This document shows positions 61,740 through 64,000 of a stretch of DNA of 64,000 bases, piece by piece. This DNA is from Schmidtea polychroa (lineage: Eukaryota), in NCBI GenBank assembly GCA_044892525.1, contig CM097888.1, positions 51,026,001-51,090,000 of the forward strand, written 5' to 3'. The stretch's first letter is position 1, and each line of letters starts with the position of its first letter. Position numbers and translations under genes: made by a program. The notes beneath the pieces are model-generated. The model had not been told where the DNA came from. It was given only the letters and a program-made list of their open reading frames with translations, and made no database searches.

Positions 61740-62180
61740 GAATGTTGACTAGGTTCCTCCAAAGATTCAGATCACACAAAAAACGGAGATACTTTGAAAT
61801 CTTTGTCAGAATCATTTCTTAAGTAATGAAAATGGAATGAGTTCTGGATATCTTTTAACAGCAAATATCCATGATTGCTATTTAGTAGCTCTTATCTTTG
61901 CGAGCAGGGCTTTTCGCCACTCACAGAAATGAAGTCAAAAAGGGTGAGAGACCACAAATGACCTATAATGAAATGCGTGTTTGTCTTTCAAAAAGTGAGC
62001 CTCGCATCATCCATATTTGCGCGACAAAGCAATCTCAAATTTTGCATTGAACAAAAATAAAATTTAATTGTATTCGATTTAGTCTAAGATTTTCAAATGT
62101 TGATCTTTAAATAGGAGTGTCTCGAGAAAACAAATTGGCTTAGAGTGCTGCGATGCGAAAAATATTGCCCGATACTGGTT
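61740..62180 (+). pseudogene. hAT 3' remnant related to 9680-10330
   Basis: EFWISFNSKYP...YLCEQGFSPLTEMKSK. Confidence 0.65.
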
Positions 62181-62727
62181 TAGATGTTAACTATTGTAAT
62201 TTTGTAAGTTTGACTACAGAAAATGGACATTTGTGATAGGCCATGGTCCTTAGCTACTTAAAGTAAGTGAAAAACGATTTGACTATGGGATAAAATTTTA
62301 GAATGAATTCAAAACTTCTGGAATCTAGTACAATCGGTATCACTTGATCATAATTTTAAACGTATTTACGATAGACGTATATATGGAATTTTTGGTAATT
62401 AATTACTGTATATTACAATCGTAGATTCTCACTGGCTGCTCAAGAATATTTTATACGTTCACATGATATCACAGTATTGCCTAAAATTTTGAATTATTTT
62501 CATTTCGACCTAATAATTTTTGAAAAATAATTAATTCCTAATTTTTGGTTAAACTCGTGTTTGTGTAGTAAAAAAATGCAAAGATCAAACATAATTTGTT
62601 TAAAATTTAAATTTAAAAATAATAATCTGATAAACTTATCTAAACTATTTAATTTAAATGGAAAATATGATTTGTCTCATAAGTCACGCCCAGTTTATTA
62701 TAGTTTCCTTCATAGATGCTTTAATTA

Positions 62728-62945
62728 CCGTATATTTCGGCGTATAAGGCGACCGTCAGATAAGACGAGGTACAAAATTAGAGCAAATTTATCATATATC
62801 GGTTGTAGTAGTATAAATACAACTAGTATAAATACAACTACCTGTACTGTAATACTTTCTTTTATATCGGTTGTATAAGACGACCCACAATTTTCAAGGG
62901 TGATTTTTTGACTTTAAGGGTCGTCTTATACGCCGAAATATACGG
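62728..62945. mobile_element. pogo-type MITE (218 bp)
   Basis: 27-bp TIRs CCGTATATTTCGGCGTATAAG(G/A)CGACC with TA on both sides. Confidence 0.88.
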
Positions 62946-64000
62946 TATATTAAATTTTTCAAAAGAATAAAATTATTAAATAATTTTAATCTCAAGCCTA
63001 CAAAACAATTTTGATGAAATGGATGAAGTCAAATTTTACTTTTACTGATTATTTCAAAATCTATTGATGTCATGTATTTAAGGATTATATATTTAAAATT
63101 AAACCTAAATTACCAAATCTTTAATGAAAATTATAAAATGCACAAAAATTTGTTTGAATTATTTTAATTACCATGGAATTATGAAACTGTAAATAATATA
63201 TTTTGTTACGTTGCTACAGATTTAATGGTTATTATAATATATTTTTATGTAAATAATTAGAGTTACTAGATTAGAATTTAATTTTTTTCATATTTCAAAT
63301 AGTTTTATTCTTATAATAAATTTATTAAAAATTTTAATTAAACACAAAAAAATGATGAATTAATTTATAATCACTTTCTAGAGACAATTAAATGATGTTT
63401 AACCATTCCATTACTAATGTTTTTCAATGAGTAATGTAACTGTAAGAAATAAATTAAGTGCTGTTGCGAAACCTCCAGTTGTGAAAAGTAGGAATTATTA
63501 ATTAATTTATTAAAAACTTGTTATTATTATTTACGATATTGATTAGGATTTTTATTACATTTATGATTCAATCGTAAGAATAATAGTGACTCATTTGGAT
63601 TTTGGAATAGTATATTTGTTAAGAAATGAAGTTTTCTAAGTTATTGGTTTTAATTAAGATTTTAGCGGAAGTATTAGGAATTATTTTGATAAAGAACACT
63701 TAAAAATAAAACTTAAAATTATAATTGCATTCAGTGTTGTCTTTGAATATTAGAATAAAGTATTTATTATATAGTTTATCAATTAATCATTTTATTTATT
63801 ATTTATTGTAAAAATAAAAATTACATAAATTCCACCTTTTTATTTAGTATAAAAGTTACAGCCTCATGATTATTCTACAACATTTTTCATTTCATCTTTT
63901 TCCAATGATTTATCCTATGTAAATCTCAAAATCTTTTATATATTTTTTATATATTTTATATAATCTGCTTTTATTTATTTTTAATTTTCTGTCTCATTAT

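Overview
AT-rich eukaryotic (metazoan-type) genomic scaffold with five N-gaps. Host genes have mostly 44-62 nt GT-AG introns: the 3' end of unc79, a complete VDAC, a complete GPN1, plus fragments of EF1A, a kinesin and a PLAC8/cornifelin-like gene. The species cannot be determined from this window. Most of the window is mobile DNA: a full-length Zator DNA transposon, a degenerate NeSL-like RLE non-LTR retrotransposon, a very compact Ty3/Gypsy element nested in a hAT remnant, a decayed Polinton/adintovirus-like element lacking a visible pPolB, a foldback IS630/Tc1-type element, pogo-type MITEs, LTR remnants, and several hAT, mariner, Tc1 and MULE fossils. Most notable observations: (1) the RLE retroelement 5' zinc-finger region is split by four frame-preserving introns and carries an in-frame kinesin fragment; (2) a three-copy structured repeat shows covarying hairpins and ends in a 7-bp stem + A + CCA; (3) the Gypsy element has TA...TA LTR termini and no internal non-coding DNA; (4) the Polinton has AAAC-TT-GTTT hairpins, several at stop codons; (5) the foldback transposon has DD28E spacing. 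All alignments and folds were done by eye and family names come from motif recall, not database searches.
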